A DNA stretch of 57,251 nucleotides from positions 1 through 57,251 of IMG/VR virus record IMGVR_UViG_3300025608_000026; one strand, 5' to 3'. The DNA comes from a virus (lineage: Duplodnaviria > Caudoviricetes). The notes under the pieces are model-generated. The model did not search any database and had not been told where the DNA came from. It saw only the letters and a program-made list of their open reading frames with translations. This document shows, in pieces, positions 29,913 to 39,953 of this stretch (its first letter is position 1; every line of letters begins with the position of its first letter). Both the position numbers and the translations under genes were made by a program.

Positions 29913-32900
29913 TATGTTATAAAATATAATTTAGTTGAGTCGTATGTAGATAAAGCGTCATACTCAGCTTGTGTGCCTGTCCAAAATGTTAACCCAGTTG
30001 TGTCATCGCTTGTGTCAATAACACCAGGTATATCCGCAGAAACTAAAGTCACAGCCCCTGTTTTGTTTTGTACGCTTGTAACATCAGAGGTTATGCTTAT
30101 CGCACCTGTTTGTCCGTTTACGCTTGTTACCGGTGAAGATGTGTTATTTAAAGATGATAATGTTATCACCTCAATAGTGTCATCTTCTGCTGGGTTTTCT
30201 CCATCAAATACAATATTGCTTCCTGATAAATTATACGCAGATTTTTGTTGGTATATACCACTTACAAAAACCATTGTAAATTCTTTACTTACAGGAGAGC
30301 CATTTACTAACGGGAAAGTTGAACTTGCACCGTCTGCTGTAAATACATCACTTGTCATTGTACTTGTAGACACAACATTAGAAGCTGATGCTGAATGACA
30401 TTTTACTTCGATACTATAACCATTTTGAGGTGCAGTGTCAAATACTATGTTTGTACCACTTAGCTCATATTGGTCTTTAGCCTGGTAAACACCGTTTATA
30501 TATACATCTGTATAATTCTTATCTGAAACAGCGTTAGCAGCTAAATCAAATGATGTAGCTGATCCTGTTCCTGTAAAACTATTTATAGTCTGAGAACCAA
30601 CATCTAAACTAGCAACGCTTATTGTGCCAGCTATAAAAGTAACTTCAACTGTGTGCCCATTAGATGGAGCTGTTGTAAATACTATGTTACTGCCTGATAT
30701 ATCATAAGTACTAGATTCCTGGTAAATACCTTGAACATGCACTATAGTAAATGACTTTGCCTGAGGAGTATCGCCTAAAGCAAAAGTTCTTGTTGTTCCG
30801 TTTCCTGTAAAAGATGCTTTTTGCATTGAAGAGCCTTCAGTGCCGGCGACAGATACTAAATGTGTTATACTTACATTTTCTGTACCAGAAGCCGGTATTG
30901 CATCTGCATCAAATGTAACAGTACTTCCACTTACTTCGTAATTAGAAGGAAACTGATAAACACCATTAACATATACATCAACATTTTGTTTAGAAGCGAT
31001 AGCATCGTCTAAAACAAAGTCTCTATTAGATCCGTTTCCTGAAAAAGTTTTCTTAACTATAGTACCAGCCACTCCGCCGCCTCCAGAACCCGCGATTGCA
31101 CCCCATTCGGTTGTGTAACCTTCAAATTGGTCGTCGTCTGTATTGTATCTAAACATACCAGCAACTGCAGGATCAGGTCTTTCAGCTGTAGTACCGTCTG
31201 GAACGCGTATGGCTCCCGTTGTGGCAATATCTACTACTTGCCCTGATTCAGATATAACTGAGTCGGTTAAAGTATCTGTATCGCTAAATTTTGGTAAACT
31301 ACCAGCAGTTCCAGAACCATCAACAAAAGCAGTATTTCCCGCTAAAGCTGTGGTCGCGGTTGTTCCAAACCCAGGAAATGAATCTTTTTCTGTGTTTGCT
31401 GTTATAGCTGCGGCTTGTTCGGTAGTTATACCTGTTTTTCCAGTATTAGTTACTATAGCAGCTGCTTGTTCAGATGTTATACCTGTTTTAGCTGTGTTAA
31501 GAGCTACAGCAGAATTTGCAGCAACTCTAGCTTCTGTATAATATAAGTTTGTTGTTCCCTCGGCAATGCCGTCAGAATTTACAGTAGATGCTTCCCACTC
31601 TGTTGTAGAAGAGTTGTATTGTAAAAGTTGATTGTCTGTTGTTCCCGTAACATTTACATCAACAAGATCTCCTAGCTGCGCAGATGCTGCTACTCCGCCT
31701 AAGTTAGTGGATGCTAAACTTCTAAAAGTTCCAGCTGTTAATATTTTAGCGTCAGAAGAGTCTGTTAAATCAGTTGTTGCACCACTCATTACAATAGCCC
31801 CAAGATAAATAGCCTGTTGGGCCGTATTGTCAGCTTCAGTAAAAGATTCTAATAAATAGTTTTTTTCTGCTGTATCTAAAGAGTTATATTCATCAGTCCC
31901 GTAGTAAGATACTATTACATCCGGTGTTGTTGGAAAATAAAATAGTCTCTGTACACTGTAATGCCCACCACTAACATTGGCTAGAGTACCGGTGCCATCA
32001 TCATATTTAGTAGGGTCTATTGTTGCATAGCCCGCACCGCTGTTTGTGTCTTTAATAAAGCTTCCAGAGCCGTCGCTTCTATACCTATGTATAACAGCTC
32101 CAACTTTAGCTCCATCCACTACCGTGGAAGGGTTTTCAGGATCGATAGAATAGTTTCTACCTAAAGCAAAAGCTGTTCCAGCAGATCGATCAATGCTCAA
32201 GTTAGCTCCGTTAGCCGAAACTTTATGACCTGACTTTTTAAGAGGCCCAAAAGAAGCTATAAACTCAGAGTGTTGAGACATCTGGTTATAAGCAGTTCTT
32301 GGAAATGTTTTTACAAAGTTAATAGACCCATTAGTATATACAACCGAGCCGATTGGTATAGTTGATCTAAATTGCGCCTCTGTAAACGCTGTAGATTGTT
32401 GTTGCACGTTGCCACTTGCATCTATATATATCCAAGAGTTTTTCTGAACAGTTGTTGGACTTACGGTAATTGCATCACCATTTTCGTCAACAACGTTTAT
32501 AGTTTGAGTTAGCCACTCAATTGAAATTATTTCTGGGTGTGGCTGTTGACCGGCAATTTTATTTAGGTCGTTAATTATACCATCTCCAGCTTGTATTATA
32601 AATTGTGTTGAATTGGTATTAGACAACTCTCCTCCGTTTAAAATACCAGTAGGCAATAACTCAGTTAGTTTATCAATACTTAAGTCATGGCCATCGTACC
32701 TAAAATGCAATGTATCATGGCCATCTTCCGTTTTATAGTATAAACCATTATCAAAAGTAGGGGTCGATGCTTCTGTTGTTCCAAACTCTAAAGTGCCTGG
32801 CAAAACAACATCTGTTACGTTTTGAAATTCACTATTTGTAGAGCTGTATTGTAGTATTTGATTGTCTTGAGGATTAGTAATTTCAAAATCCGATAAATCG

Positions 32901-34573
32901 TTTATTTCTAAACTAGCAGGAGCAAATTGCCAGTTGTTGCTCCCAACAGAACTAGACTTAAGGAACTTGCCGGCTTGGGCAGTTCCAGGATCTGTATTAA
33001 TAATATCGCGTAGTTGATATGTGTGCAGCCAAGTAGGCATCCATTTGCCTCCATCAAATGCCGCATTCCAAAACAAAAATTGGTTTATATTGTTAACGCT
33101 ATCAGATAAACTAGCCACATTAGACAAACTACCTAAAGTGGTAGTTGCACCAACTTCAGCCCACACACCGTCCCCTCTATAAAACTTGTCGTCGTTATCG
33201 CTAGCAGGCACGCCAATAGCTGCATCAACCGCTGCTTTCGTTACTGTTAAATCCGGTTTGTTCTGTATAAAAGCTTCGCTGTTTGTGTCAGTTTCGCTCC
33301 AGTCAGATTTAACATTTGATACTTTACTTGCATTAGCAGTTATCGCACTAGCTTGTGCCTCGGTTATTGTGGTTGGTTTGTTCTGTATAAAAGAATCGCC
33401 AGTTGTAGCGTTCCAATCAGACTGTACATTTACCTCAGCTCCTGTGGCAATGCCGCTTAATTTAGTTCTTTCAGAACTTGTTATAATAGACCCCGACCCA
33501 GCGTCAGTCACATCGCTTAAGTCAGTTACATTGTGAAGGCTTAAGTTTGTTAAGTCTGTGGGCTTGTTTTGAATAAAAGCGTCCCCGCTTATTGCACTCC
33601 AGTTTGATTGAACATTTACTTGTGCACCAGACGCTATGCTATTTAGTTTTGTTAAAAGAATATCAGTAAAATCATTTGCAGATAATCCTTTTCCTTCAAC
33701 AGAGTCCTCTTTGGCGTTTAAAGCGGCGGTAAGGCCAGCTATATTAGAAATAGCTAAACTATCTAAAGTTTCTTTGTTTGCCTCTATAAAGTCCACTACT
33801 TCTTGTAGTGAATCCAAATCAACGTTATCGCTAGCAAGCAAAGCATTTATAGTGTCTATTAAATCTTTAAGCGCTTTACCTTGATTAGCGGATAAGGGTA
33901 CATCTACAGCTGTAGAAGTTAGAACATCTACAACGTCTGCGTGTATTAATCCGTTAGCTGTAAAGTTATTTAAACTTGTGCGTTCATCATCTGTAATGAT
34001 AATTCCAGATCCAGCGCTAGTTACATCACCAAACTCAGTTACTGAATCATCAGAAAAATCCTGGTCATATAATGCAGAATAATTAGACACAAAAAAGCTA
34101 TCGTCTACAGTCAAATTACCATTAGTACCTCTTGGGGTTAATGTTAATTTTTTGTAAGCGGCGCTATCATGATCCTCTATAGCCGTAACTTCATAAATAC
34201 CAAACTGGTTTACGTTACCTTTTTTAGATATTTTTATGAAATCGTTATCTGCATTTTCTAAATACTCTGCTACTGATAAACCTGTTTTATCAAGTACGGA
34301 TATGTATATTTGATTTATAGCACTAAACGCAGCTTGAGAAGCTGTTCCAGCATTAAGGTTAATTACACCAGTAGGTGTTTCACTAGACGCTACGTAGTCT
34401 TGGTATGTAAACGTAGAGCCGTCAAAGCTTTCAACAAGACTATCCTCGTTAACTACGCTTACTATAGACTCAATAGTATAATTCTTAGTTTGTCCAGTAA
34501 GACTATCGGTACCTAAAACCTTATCTAGCTTATTTAATGTGCTGTCTTGACCGTACGTTGATATTCTAGCCAT
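29912..34573 (-). CDS. Long modular tail fibre/hub protein
   Basis: 1553 aa; PLSANQGKALK, 3x NV.S(D/N)W....(A/S)FIQNKP, 4x F(T/S).(N/T/D)G...F.L...V.V.G(V/I)YQ..Y..SG..I/V.F repeats, VTSVNGQTG, terminal WTGTQAEYDAL..YD...LYFIT. Confidence 0.75.
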   Translation of the reverse strand: MARISTYGQDSTLNKLDKVLGTDSLTGQTKNYTIESIVSVVNEDSLVESFDGSTFTYQDYVASSETPTGVINLNAGTASQAAFSAINQIYISVLDKTGLSVAEYLENADNDFIKISKKGNVNQFGIYEVTAIEDHDSAAYKKLTLTPRGTNGNLTVDDSFFVSNYSALYDQDFSDDSVTEFGDVTSAGSGIIITDDERTSLNNFTANGLIHADVVDVLTSTAVDVPLSANQGKALKDLIDTINALLASDNVDLDSLQEVVDFIEANKETLDSLAISNIAGLTAALNAKEDSVEGKGLSANDFTDILLTKLNSIASGAQVNVQSNWSAISGDAFIQNKPTDLTNLSLHNVTDLSDVTDAGSGSIITSSERTKLSGIATGAEVNVQSDWNATTGDSFIQNKPTTITEAQASAITANASKVSNVKSDWSETDTNSEAFIQNKPDLTVTKAAVDAAIGVPASDNDDKFYRGDGVWAEVGATTTLGSLSNVASLSDSVNNINQFLFWNAAFDGGKWMPTWLHTYQLRDIINTDPGTAQAGKFLKSSSVGSNNWQFAPASLEINDLSDFEITNPQDNQILQYSSTNSEFQNVTDVVLPGTLEFGTTEASTPTFDNGLYYKTEDGHDTLHFRYDGHDLSIDKLTELLPTGILNGGELSNTNSTQFIIQAGDGIINDLNKIAGQQPHPEIISIEWLTQTINVVDENGDAITVSPTTVQKNSWIYIDASGNVQQQSTAFTEAQFRSTIPIGSVVYTNGSINFVKTFPRTAYNQMSQHSEFIASFGPLKKSGHKVSANGANLSIDRSAGTAFALGRNYSIDPENPSTVVDGAKVGAVIHRYRSDGSGSFIKDTNSGAGYATIDPTKYDDGTGTLANVSGGHYSVQRLFYFPTTPDVIVSYYGTDEYNSLDTAEKNYLLESFTEADNTAQQAIYLGAIVMSGATTDLTDSSDAKILTAGTFRSLASTNLGGVAASAQLGDLVDVNVTGTTDNQLLQYNSSTTEWEASTVNSDGIAEGTTNLYYTEARVAANSAVALNTAKTGITSEQAAAIVTNTGKTGITTEQAAAITANTEKDSFPGFGTTATTALAGNTAFVDGSGTAGSLPKFSDTDTLTDSVISESGQVVDIATTGAIRVPDGTTAERPDPAVAGMFRYNTDDDQFEGYTTEWGAIAGSGGGGVAGTIVKKTFSGNGSNRDFVLDDAIASKQNVDVYVNGVYQFPSNYEVSGSTVTFDADAIPASGTENVSITHLVSVAGTEGSSMQKASFTGNGTTRTFALGDTPQAKSFTIVHVQGIYQESSTYDISGSNIVFTTAPSNGHTVEVTFIAGTISVASLDVGSQTINSFTGTGSATSFDLAANAVSDKNYTDVYINGVYQAKDQYELSGTNIVFDTAPQNGYSIEVKCHSASASNVVSTSTMTSDVFTADGASSTFPLVNGSPVSKEFTMVFVSGIYQQKSAYNLSGSNIVFDGENPAEDDTIEVITLSSLNNTSSPVTSVNGQTGAISITSDVTSVQNKTGAVTLVSADIPGVIDTSDDTTGLTFWTGTQAEYDALSTYDSTKLYFIT

Positions 34574-35023
34574 TTATAGTTTGTCTTTGTTAAATTTAGT
34601 TATTGCATTCGCATATACCTTGTCTACATAGGTTGAGCGTTTGCCTATCTTACTTCTTTTAGCATCAATAGGCATATCTTCTTGTCCAATTAATATTTTA
34701 TATATTCTATTAATAAGACGCTTACCGCGCATAGATACTTTGTATTTATTATGGTCACCTAAACGACCGTTACCTTTATGTATCTTTTCAACCCAGCCTT
34801 CTCTTTGTAATCGGTAAAAGCGTTGCCGGTCCCAATGATAATACATTGTACCGTTTTGAAAATCCTTTATTGTAAAGTATTTTATAGGATCTAAATAAAA
34901 CAATAATTCTAAATCTGAAATTGATATACTATTTTCTTTACAAGCCCAGCGTGATACAAGTCTATAATATTTAAGAAAGTCAACCTTTAGTTCTCCTCGT
35001 TCTAAAAAATCACTTCTATCCAT
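34574..35023 (-). CDS. Winged-helix (MarR-like) DNA-binding protein
   Basis: ISISDLELLFYL...FYRLQREGWVEK...YKVSMRGKRLI wHTH pattern. Confidence 0.55.
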   Translation of the reverse strand: MDRSDFLERGELKVDFLKYYRLVSRWACKENSISISDLELLFYLDPIKYFTIKDFQNGTMYYHWDRQRFYRLQREGWVEKIHKGNGRLGDHNKYKVSMRGKRLINRIYKILIGQEDMPIDAKRSKIGKRSTYVDKVYANAITKFNKDKL

Positions 35024-35283
35024 TATAAAACTATAATAACATCCTGCTCTTGTATAACCTTAAATACATCATTACCGATTTCAATATTATGACCAGCATG
35101 CCTATCGTAATATATCTTATCATTTTCATTTATACCTTCGACAAACGTACCAACTGACTTTACGTCAGCGGTACGGTATCTTATATCTTCTCTGTGGTTT
35201 TCTGCAAGTAACAGCCCACCCTCAGTTTTCTTTATGTCTTCTTTTATTTCAGAAACAATTATATATTTACCTATTGCCTTCAT
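35023..35283 (-). CDS. groES: Co-chaperonin GroES
   Basis: 86 aa; KTEGGLLL mobile loop, SVG, DKIYY, IQEQDVI; adjacent to groEL. Confidence 0.9.
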   Translation of the reverse strand: MKAIGKYIIVSEIKEDIKKTEGGLLLAENHREDIRYRTADVKSVGTFVEGINENDKIYYDRHAGHNIEIGNDVFKVIQEQDVIIVL

Positions 35284-36865
35284 TCTCTCTCATATTTGAA
35301 ATTACACAATCAGTTGATAATATAGTCGTTGCTACAGAAACTGCATTTTGCAAGGCAGACTTTGTAACTAGCACTGGATCGATAATACCTGCTTTACGCA
35401 TGTCTTTAATCTTACCGTCTGTTACGTCAACACCCATACCCCACTTACTTAGATCTTTAAAATCAGAAGGATCTAAACCAGCGTTGGTTAAAATTTTAAC
35501 GAACGGTGAATGGAATGATTTTTTCATAATATCAATACCTAATTGTTCACCTTCGTTTTTAGCGGGTACATTCAGTGTAGAAGCTAAAAAACATAAGGCA
35601 GCACCTCCACCTGGAAGTATACCTTCTTTCTTAGCCGCGCGAACCGCGTGTATAGCATCATCAACTCTGTCTTTTTTCTCAGACACTTCAACTTCAGTAT
35701 CACCGCCTACATATACAATAGACACGCCTCCATTTAAAATAGCTAATCTACTTTCAATGTGTGGTCGCATAACGTGGTGATCTTCTTCAGCTAGTTGTGC
35801 TTGCAAATACTCTACTCTTTCATTTACTCCGTCTGGCGCTTCAGCAATTGCTAAAGTTGTACCGTCATTATCTATAATGGCTTTGTCAGCCGACCCTAAC
35901 ACTTCAGGGGTGATATTGTCTAAAGAATCACCTAGATTCTCGTCAATAACAGTAGCACCCGTTAGAAGGGCAATATCATCCAGAACATCCTTTCGTTTTA
36001 GCCCGAACGACGGTGGATCGATAATATTGCACTTAATATTGCCCTTTACGTGATTCATTGCTAATGCAGAAACAACTTGCTGGTCGCAAGGGGCAATGAG
36101 TAATAGCGATCTATTGGACTTGATTGCAAACTCTAATATTGTTTGTATGCGTCTGATATTAGATACCTCAGACGAACATAAAAATACAAGTGGCTTTTCT
36201 AGCTCACTTATTTCTTTTTCTCTATTTGTATGAAAGTGCATACTTTTCGATGTAGACTTAATATGAGTACCGTCTACAGATTCAATATACGTTTCATTTG
36301 TTGGGCTGGTCTCCATTGTAACCACTCCATTCTCGCCAGCTAGTTTAAAAGCTTCTGCGATAAAGTCCCCTAACACGGGGTCATTGTTTGCTGATATACG
36401 CGAAACGTGGTTTAGTCTCTTATCATCTACAGCAACTCCTTTTTTAGTTAGAACATCCACAGCGTGTTTTGTAAAAGCCACCATGCCATTCTTAACGTCT
36501 CTAAATGAATACGATTCAGCGTCTTTATCAAAATAGTTTTTAATGATAGATTGCGCAAGAACCGTAGATGTTGTTGTACCGTCACCTGCTTTTGATGCTG
36601 TTTGTCGAGACGCCTGTTTTAACATAGTAACCCCTAAATTTTCAACAGGGTCTTCTAAGTTAATGTAATTTGCAACAGTTACCCCATCTTTTGTAACGTG
36701 AGGGCTACCGAAGTCATCTTCCAATACTACGGTGCGACCAGAAGCACCTAAAGTGCTCCCTACCGCTTCCGCTAGTTTATTTATGCCTGATATAAGTCCG
36801 TTCTTAGCTTCTTGTTTAAAACTTAGTTTCTTGACTATCTTGGGCGATCCGAATTGTATTGCCAT
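35267..36865 (-). CDS. groEL: Chaperonin GroEL
   Basis: TLGASGR.V, VTKDGVTVA, AGDGTTT, EKKDRVDDA, GILPGGG, GIIDP..VT..AL.NA.SVA; no GGM tail. Confidence 0.97.
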   Translation of the reverse strand: MAIQFGSPKIVKKLSFKQEAKNGLISGINKLAEAVGSTLGASGRTVVLEDDFGSPHVTKDGVTVANYINLEDPVENLGVTMLKQASRQTASKAGDGTTTSTVLAQSIIKNYFDKDAESYSFRDVKNGMVAFTKHAVDVLTKKGVAVDDKRLNHVSRISANNDPVLGDFIAEAFKLAGENGVVTMETSPTNETYIESVDGTHIKSTSKSMHFHTNREKEISELEKPLVFLCSSEVSNIRRIQTILEFAIKSNRSLLLIAPCDQQVVSALAMNHVKGNIKCNIIDPPSFGLKRKDVLDDIALLTGATVIDENLGDSLDNITPEVLGSADKAIIDNDGTTLAIAEAPDGVNERVEYLQAQLAEEDHHVMRPHIESRLAILNGGVSIVYVGGDTEVEVSEKKDRVDDAIHAVRAAKKEGILPGGGAALCFLASTLNVPAKNEGEQLGIDIMKKSFHSPFVKILTNAGLDPSDFKDLSKWGMGVDVTDGKIKDMRKAGIIDPVLVTKSALQNAVSVATTILSTDCVISNMRENEGNR

Positions 36866-36899
36866 TTTATTTAATTTAATTTAATTGATATAAGTTATA

Positions 36900-37244
36900 T
36901 TAGCAGTTCCATTTACGGCGTGCTGCTCTACCACGCTCTGATGTCCATGATTTGGACCTTGCACAAAATGATTTACGTCTTTTTGCCGCTTTGCTCCCCT
37001 TCTTAAGTTTAGAAGGAGGTGTTGTAACCGCAGTCTTAAGTTTAGACCCTGGGTTATCTTTGCGATACTTCGCTACACCTTTAGCTGTCATACCGCCACC
37101 TGCTTTTCCACCAGTTCCACTTCCAGATTTTACTTTAGCGTAATATCCTTTAGATTTTTTACGTGATGGTGCATTTGACTTTTTGCGTTCCAGAGGAGAT
37201 CCCCCACATCCGCAGCTAGCAAACTTATTAGTAAATGGTTTCAT
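36900..37244 (-). CDS. Small K/R-rich protein
   Basis: 114 aa; GGMTAKGVAKYR..NPGSKLK and RRKSFCARS motifs. Confidence 0.65.
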   Translation of the reverse strand: MKPFTNKFASCGCGGSPLERKKSNAPSRKKSKGYYAKVKSGSGTGGKAGGGMTAKGVAKYRKDNPGSKLKTAVTTPPSKLKKGSKAAKRRKSFCARSKSWTSERGRAARRKWNC

Positions 37245-37480
37245 TTTGTGTTATATTTTTTTGTTCCTTTGCCGTAACCACCCCTGTTAACTTTAACAGA
37301 TACAAATTTACCCTTGTTGTGGTCCCAGTCTTTACCTTTTATATTTATCCCCCTCTTAAGTGCCGAGCGTCTTTTCTTTTGATTCTCCGCCTTCATAGCT
37401 CTACGCCGGGGAGTTTTAGCATATGCAAGGTCACGGGCCGCTTTTTTCTTACGAGCCGCAGGAGATAATTTTTGTGGCAT
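37241..37480 (-). CDS. Small basic protein
   Basis: 79 aa, K/R-rich, translationally coupled to its neighbours. Confidence 0.6.
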   Translation of the reverse strand: MPQKLSPAARKKKAARDLAYAKTPRRRAMKAENQKKRRSALKRGINIKGKDWDHNKGKFVSVKVNRGGYGKGTKKYNTK

Positions 37481-37569
37481 TATCTAATGTCTACGTATGG
37501 CTTAGCCGCAGGCTTTGCTGCTGGTTTAGCTACAGGCTTTACTTCTTTTACTTTTTTATCTTCTGACAT
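37480..37569 (-). CDS. Micro-ORF (29 aa) with KPAA repeats
   Basis: MSEDKKVKEVKPVAKPAAKPAAKPYVDIR; TAATG overlap with the next gene. Confidence 0.55.
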   Translation of the reverse strand: MSEDKKVKEVKPVAKPAAKPAAKPYVDIR

Positions 37570-37573
37570 AATA

Positions 37574-37708
37574 TTATTTTTTATATGGTTTTGACGAACC
37601 TCCACAAAACCTTCTTTTTAATGGTCCTGCTTTTTTAATAGCGTCTTTCAACACTTCAGGTAATTTATTTTGATCTCCTTTGAGTTCTCTTTTAAGTGGT
37701 CCGTACAT
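37574..37708 (-). CDS. Small basic protein (44 aa)
   Basis: MYGPLKRELKGDQNKLPEVLKDAIKKAGPLKRRFCGGSSKPYKK; TAATG-coupled to the upstream ORF. Confidence 0.55.
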   Translation of the reverse strand: MYGPLKRELKGDQNKLPEVLKDAIKKAGPLKRRFCGGSSKPYKK

Positions 37709-37833
37709 TATTTTTTATATTTTTTCATTGGTGACTTCTTAAGCCCTTTGCCTAAAAACATTTTAAACTCTTGTGCTCTTCCACCCATTTTTTTAATAGC
37801 AGACGGAATAACCGTTTTACCTTTTTTACCCAT
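37708..37833 (-). CDS. Small basic protein (41 aa)
   Basis: MGKKGKTVIPSAIKKMGGRAQEFKMFLGKGLKKSPMKKYKK; TAATG-coupled. Confidence 0.55.
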   Translation of the reverse strand: MGKKGKTVIPSAIKKMGGRAQEFKMFLGKGLKKSPMKKYKK

Positions 37834-37837
37834 GATA

Positions 37838-38101
37838 TTATTTCTTTTTAGTTTTCTTTCTTATACTTGAGGTACGTTTACCCATACCAGTTCTTTTCTT
37901 TTCAGCAACAGCTTTCTTCTTCTGTGCTGCAGACATCTGTGACCATGCCACAGGAGTCTTCTTATTAACCCTAACTGATGGCCTGCACTTCTTTATACCT
38001 TTACGTTTTGCAGAGCCACACGGGTTGCCTTTCTCATCCGTCCACTTTTCTTTAAACCAACGTTTAAGATTAGCACCTTTTTTAGTTTTGCTTACTGCCA
38101 T
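37838..38101 (-). CDS. Small basic protein
   Basis: 87 aa; LKRWFKEKW....G.PCG...KCRP motif, which I recognise from marine phage small proteins. Confidence 0.65.
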   Translation of the reverse strand: MAVSKTKKGANLKRWFKEKWTDEKGNPCGSAKRKGIKKCRPSVRVNKKTPVAWSQMSAAQKKKAVAEKKRTGMGKRTSSIRKKTKKK

Positions 38102-38102
38102 T

Positions 38103-38477
38103 CTATAAATTTATTTCTACCCATTCTAAATTTGCTTCATCCCATGCATATCCTATATTAGCACTACTTTCTACTGGCCTTGGTATACTTGATTCCCAAA
38201 CACAAGTTGTTTCATTTAATATCCAACTATCAAAAGGTTTTGGCGGTATAAAAGCATCCCTTGTAATATCGTATTTATAGCCGACACCTGCATAATTTTT
38301 TCTAAAATTACCATTATAAGAAGTTTGTACCCATTCAGCTGGACCATATAAACTATTTAAAAAATTTTTACCTTTTAATTCGCTTTCAGTACCATCTGCC
38401 TTTATTAGTGCATTATTATTTACAATGTGTACTGCTGTTACTATATTATTAGAATCTAATTTTGCAAAATGTGCCAT
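38103..38477 (-). CDS. Fibre-associated protein
   Basis: MAHFAKLD.NN.V...W.QTSYN..FRKNYAG.GY.YD..RDAFIPPKP..SW motif; follows the Gly-rich fibre gene. Confidence 0.65.
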   Translation of the reverse strand: MAHFAKLDSNNIVTAVHIVNNNALIKADGTESELKGKNFLNSLYGPAEWVQTSYNGNFRKNYAGVGYKYDITRDAFIPPKPFDSWILNETTCVWESSIPRPVESSANIGYAWDEANLEWVEINL

Positions 38478-38479
38478 AT

Positions 38480-39442
38480 TTAAACTGTTGTATAAGTTCC
38501 ATCTCCTGTATAAGATAATATTGTAAAATCACCATCTGTTGTTACAGTCGGACTTCCCGTTGTTATTCCAGTATACCCAGATGTTTTTATTCTTAGTATA
38601 ACAATACCAGAGCCCCCGGCTCCTCCGTTTGCAGATATATCAGCGTGTCCGCCACCACCGCCACCACCACCTGTGTTAGCTGTGCCTGCTATTGCTCTTT
38701 TGTTTGGCCCTTGGTATCCTCTACCGCCATCGCCACCACCTCCTAGGCCTCCTGGTGCGCCTATATTTGGGTAATTAATAGTATTTTCAAGCGTACCTGT
38801 ATCACTGTTTGAATTAACAGCGCCTCCGCCACCACCTGCATAATATGTAGCTGTTCCTGTTATTGAAGATTGTAATCCATCCCCTCCTTGCCCAGGAGTT
38901 TGAAGATTAGTCATATAATGTGCATGTGAACCACGCTCACCCGCGCCACCGCCTCCGCCGCCAAAGGCTACGCTTAAGTAATTATTTGAATTAAAAGATG
39001 GGTTTATATAATTAGAAGAGACGGTGCTAGTTGAACCACTCATAAAACCTTGGCCAGCGGTTCCTGCCCCTTCCGAATGAGTACCATAACTACTGGGACC
39101 ACCGCCGGAGCCACCATTGCTTCCGCTGCTAACTCCTGCTGTTGATTGGTAACTACCCCCTCCAGCCCCACCGCCTATAGATGTAATTGTTGTAATTCCA
39201 GGGCCAGAAATTGATGAGTTCAGACCGTTTGATTTAGTACCGCCAGCGCCACCTGCGCCTACAGTTATAGTAATTTGTGTTGAAGAAGCAGGGGCGGGAA
39301 TTGTATTGGTTAAAAATCCGCCAGCACCTCCACCACCGCCATAATACGCGTTTCCACCGGCACCACCACCGGCAACTGACAAATATTGAATATCGTATGG
39401 TTCTGAAACTGAGCCTATGCTTAAAAATCTTCTATTTAACAT
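38480..39442 (-). CDS. Glycine-rich domain fibre protein
   Basis: VAGGGAGG, ITVGAGGAG, SSITGTATYYAGGGGG, ANTGGGGGG and GGSGIVILR motifs. Confidence 0.75.
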   Translation of the reverse strand: MLNRRFLSIGSVSEPYDIQYLSVAGGGAGGNAYYGGGGGAGGFLTNTIPAPASSTQITITVGAGGAGGTKSNGLNSSISGPGITTITSIGGGAGGGSYQSTAGVSSGSNGGSGGGPSSYGTHSEGAGTAGQGFMSGSTSTVSSNYINPSFNSNNYLSVAFGGGGGGAGERGSHAHYMTNLQTPGQGGDGLQSSITGTATYYAGGGGGAVNSNSDTGTLENTINYPNIGAPGGLGGGGDGGRGYQGPNKRAIAGTANTGGGGGGGGHADISANGGAGGSGIVILRIKTSGYTGITTGSPTVTTDGDFTILSYTGDGTYTTV

Positions 39443-39451
39443 ATACTAAAT

Positions 39452-39952
39452 TTAGATTGAACTGTCAGAAGCGTAAGTTGCTACCGAATAGAAGAAAACA
39501 GGATCGGTTGCTGAATCGTCTACACATTCTATTTGAAGTAAACTAGTAACGGTGTTATCATAATCTGCCTCTGCTAATTTATAAAATGTATTAGTAGAAG
39601 TACCTTGTGCCTCTAAACCAACTGTTTGCCCTTTTAAAGGAAATATACTAACTACCTGACCTTTTTTATAGCCACTTAAGACTATTGTATAAGCGCCTGT
39701 TAAATCACCACTCAATTTAAAAACAGAGGCCGTTGAGCAGTCAAAACCAACAGCACCGTTCAATGCGGTGATTTCGGCAACTTCTGTAAATCTATTTGCT
39801 AATTTATCATGTGTTATAGCGTTGTTTACAATATTACTGCCAGCCACAGTGTTTAAGGCTATATTACTACCCGTAACAGTAGCACCTGCTATGTTAGCGC
39901 CAACCACCGTGCCTAAAGCTATAGTATCTCCAGTTATTTTAGTTAGTGACAT
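39452..39952 (-). CDS. Small fibre adaptor protein (paralog 3)
   Basis: MSLTKI N-terminus, 10-aa IA..TV.G.N repeats, LQIECVD...FFYSV C-terminus. Confidence 0.55.
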   Translation of the reverse strand: MSLTKITGDTIALGTVVGANIAGATVTGSNIALNTVAGSNIVNNAITHDKLANRFTEVAEITALNGAVGFDCSTASVFKLSGDLTGAYTIVLSGYKKGQVVSIFPLKGQTVGLEAQGTSTNTFYKLAEADYDNTVTSLLQIECVDDSATDPVFFYSVATYASDSSI

Positions 39953-39953
39953 A

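Noticed and set aside
968-34573. Diversity-generating retroelement acting on fibre tips
   Set aside because: No reverse transcriptase and no template/variable repeat pair differing at adenines seen in the window
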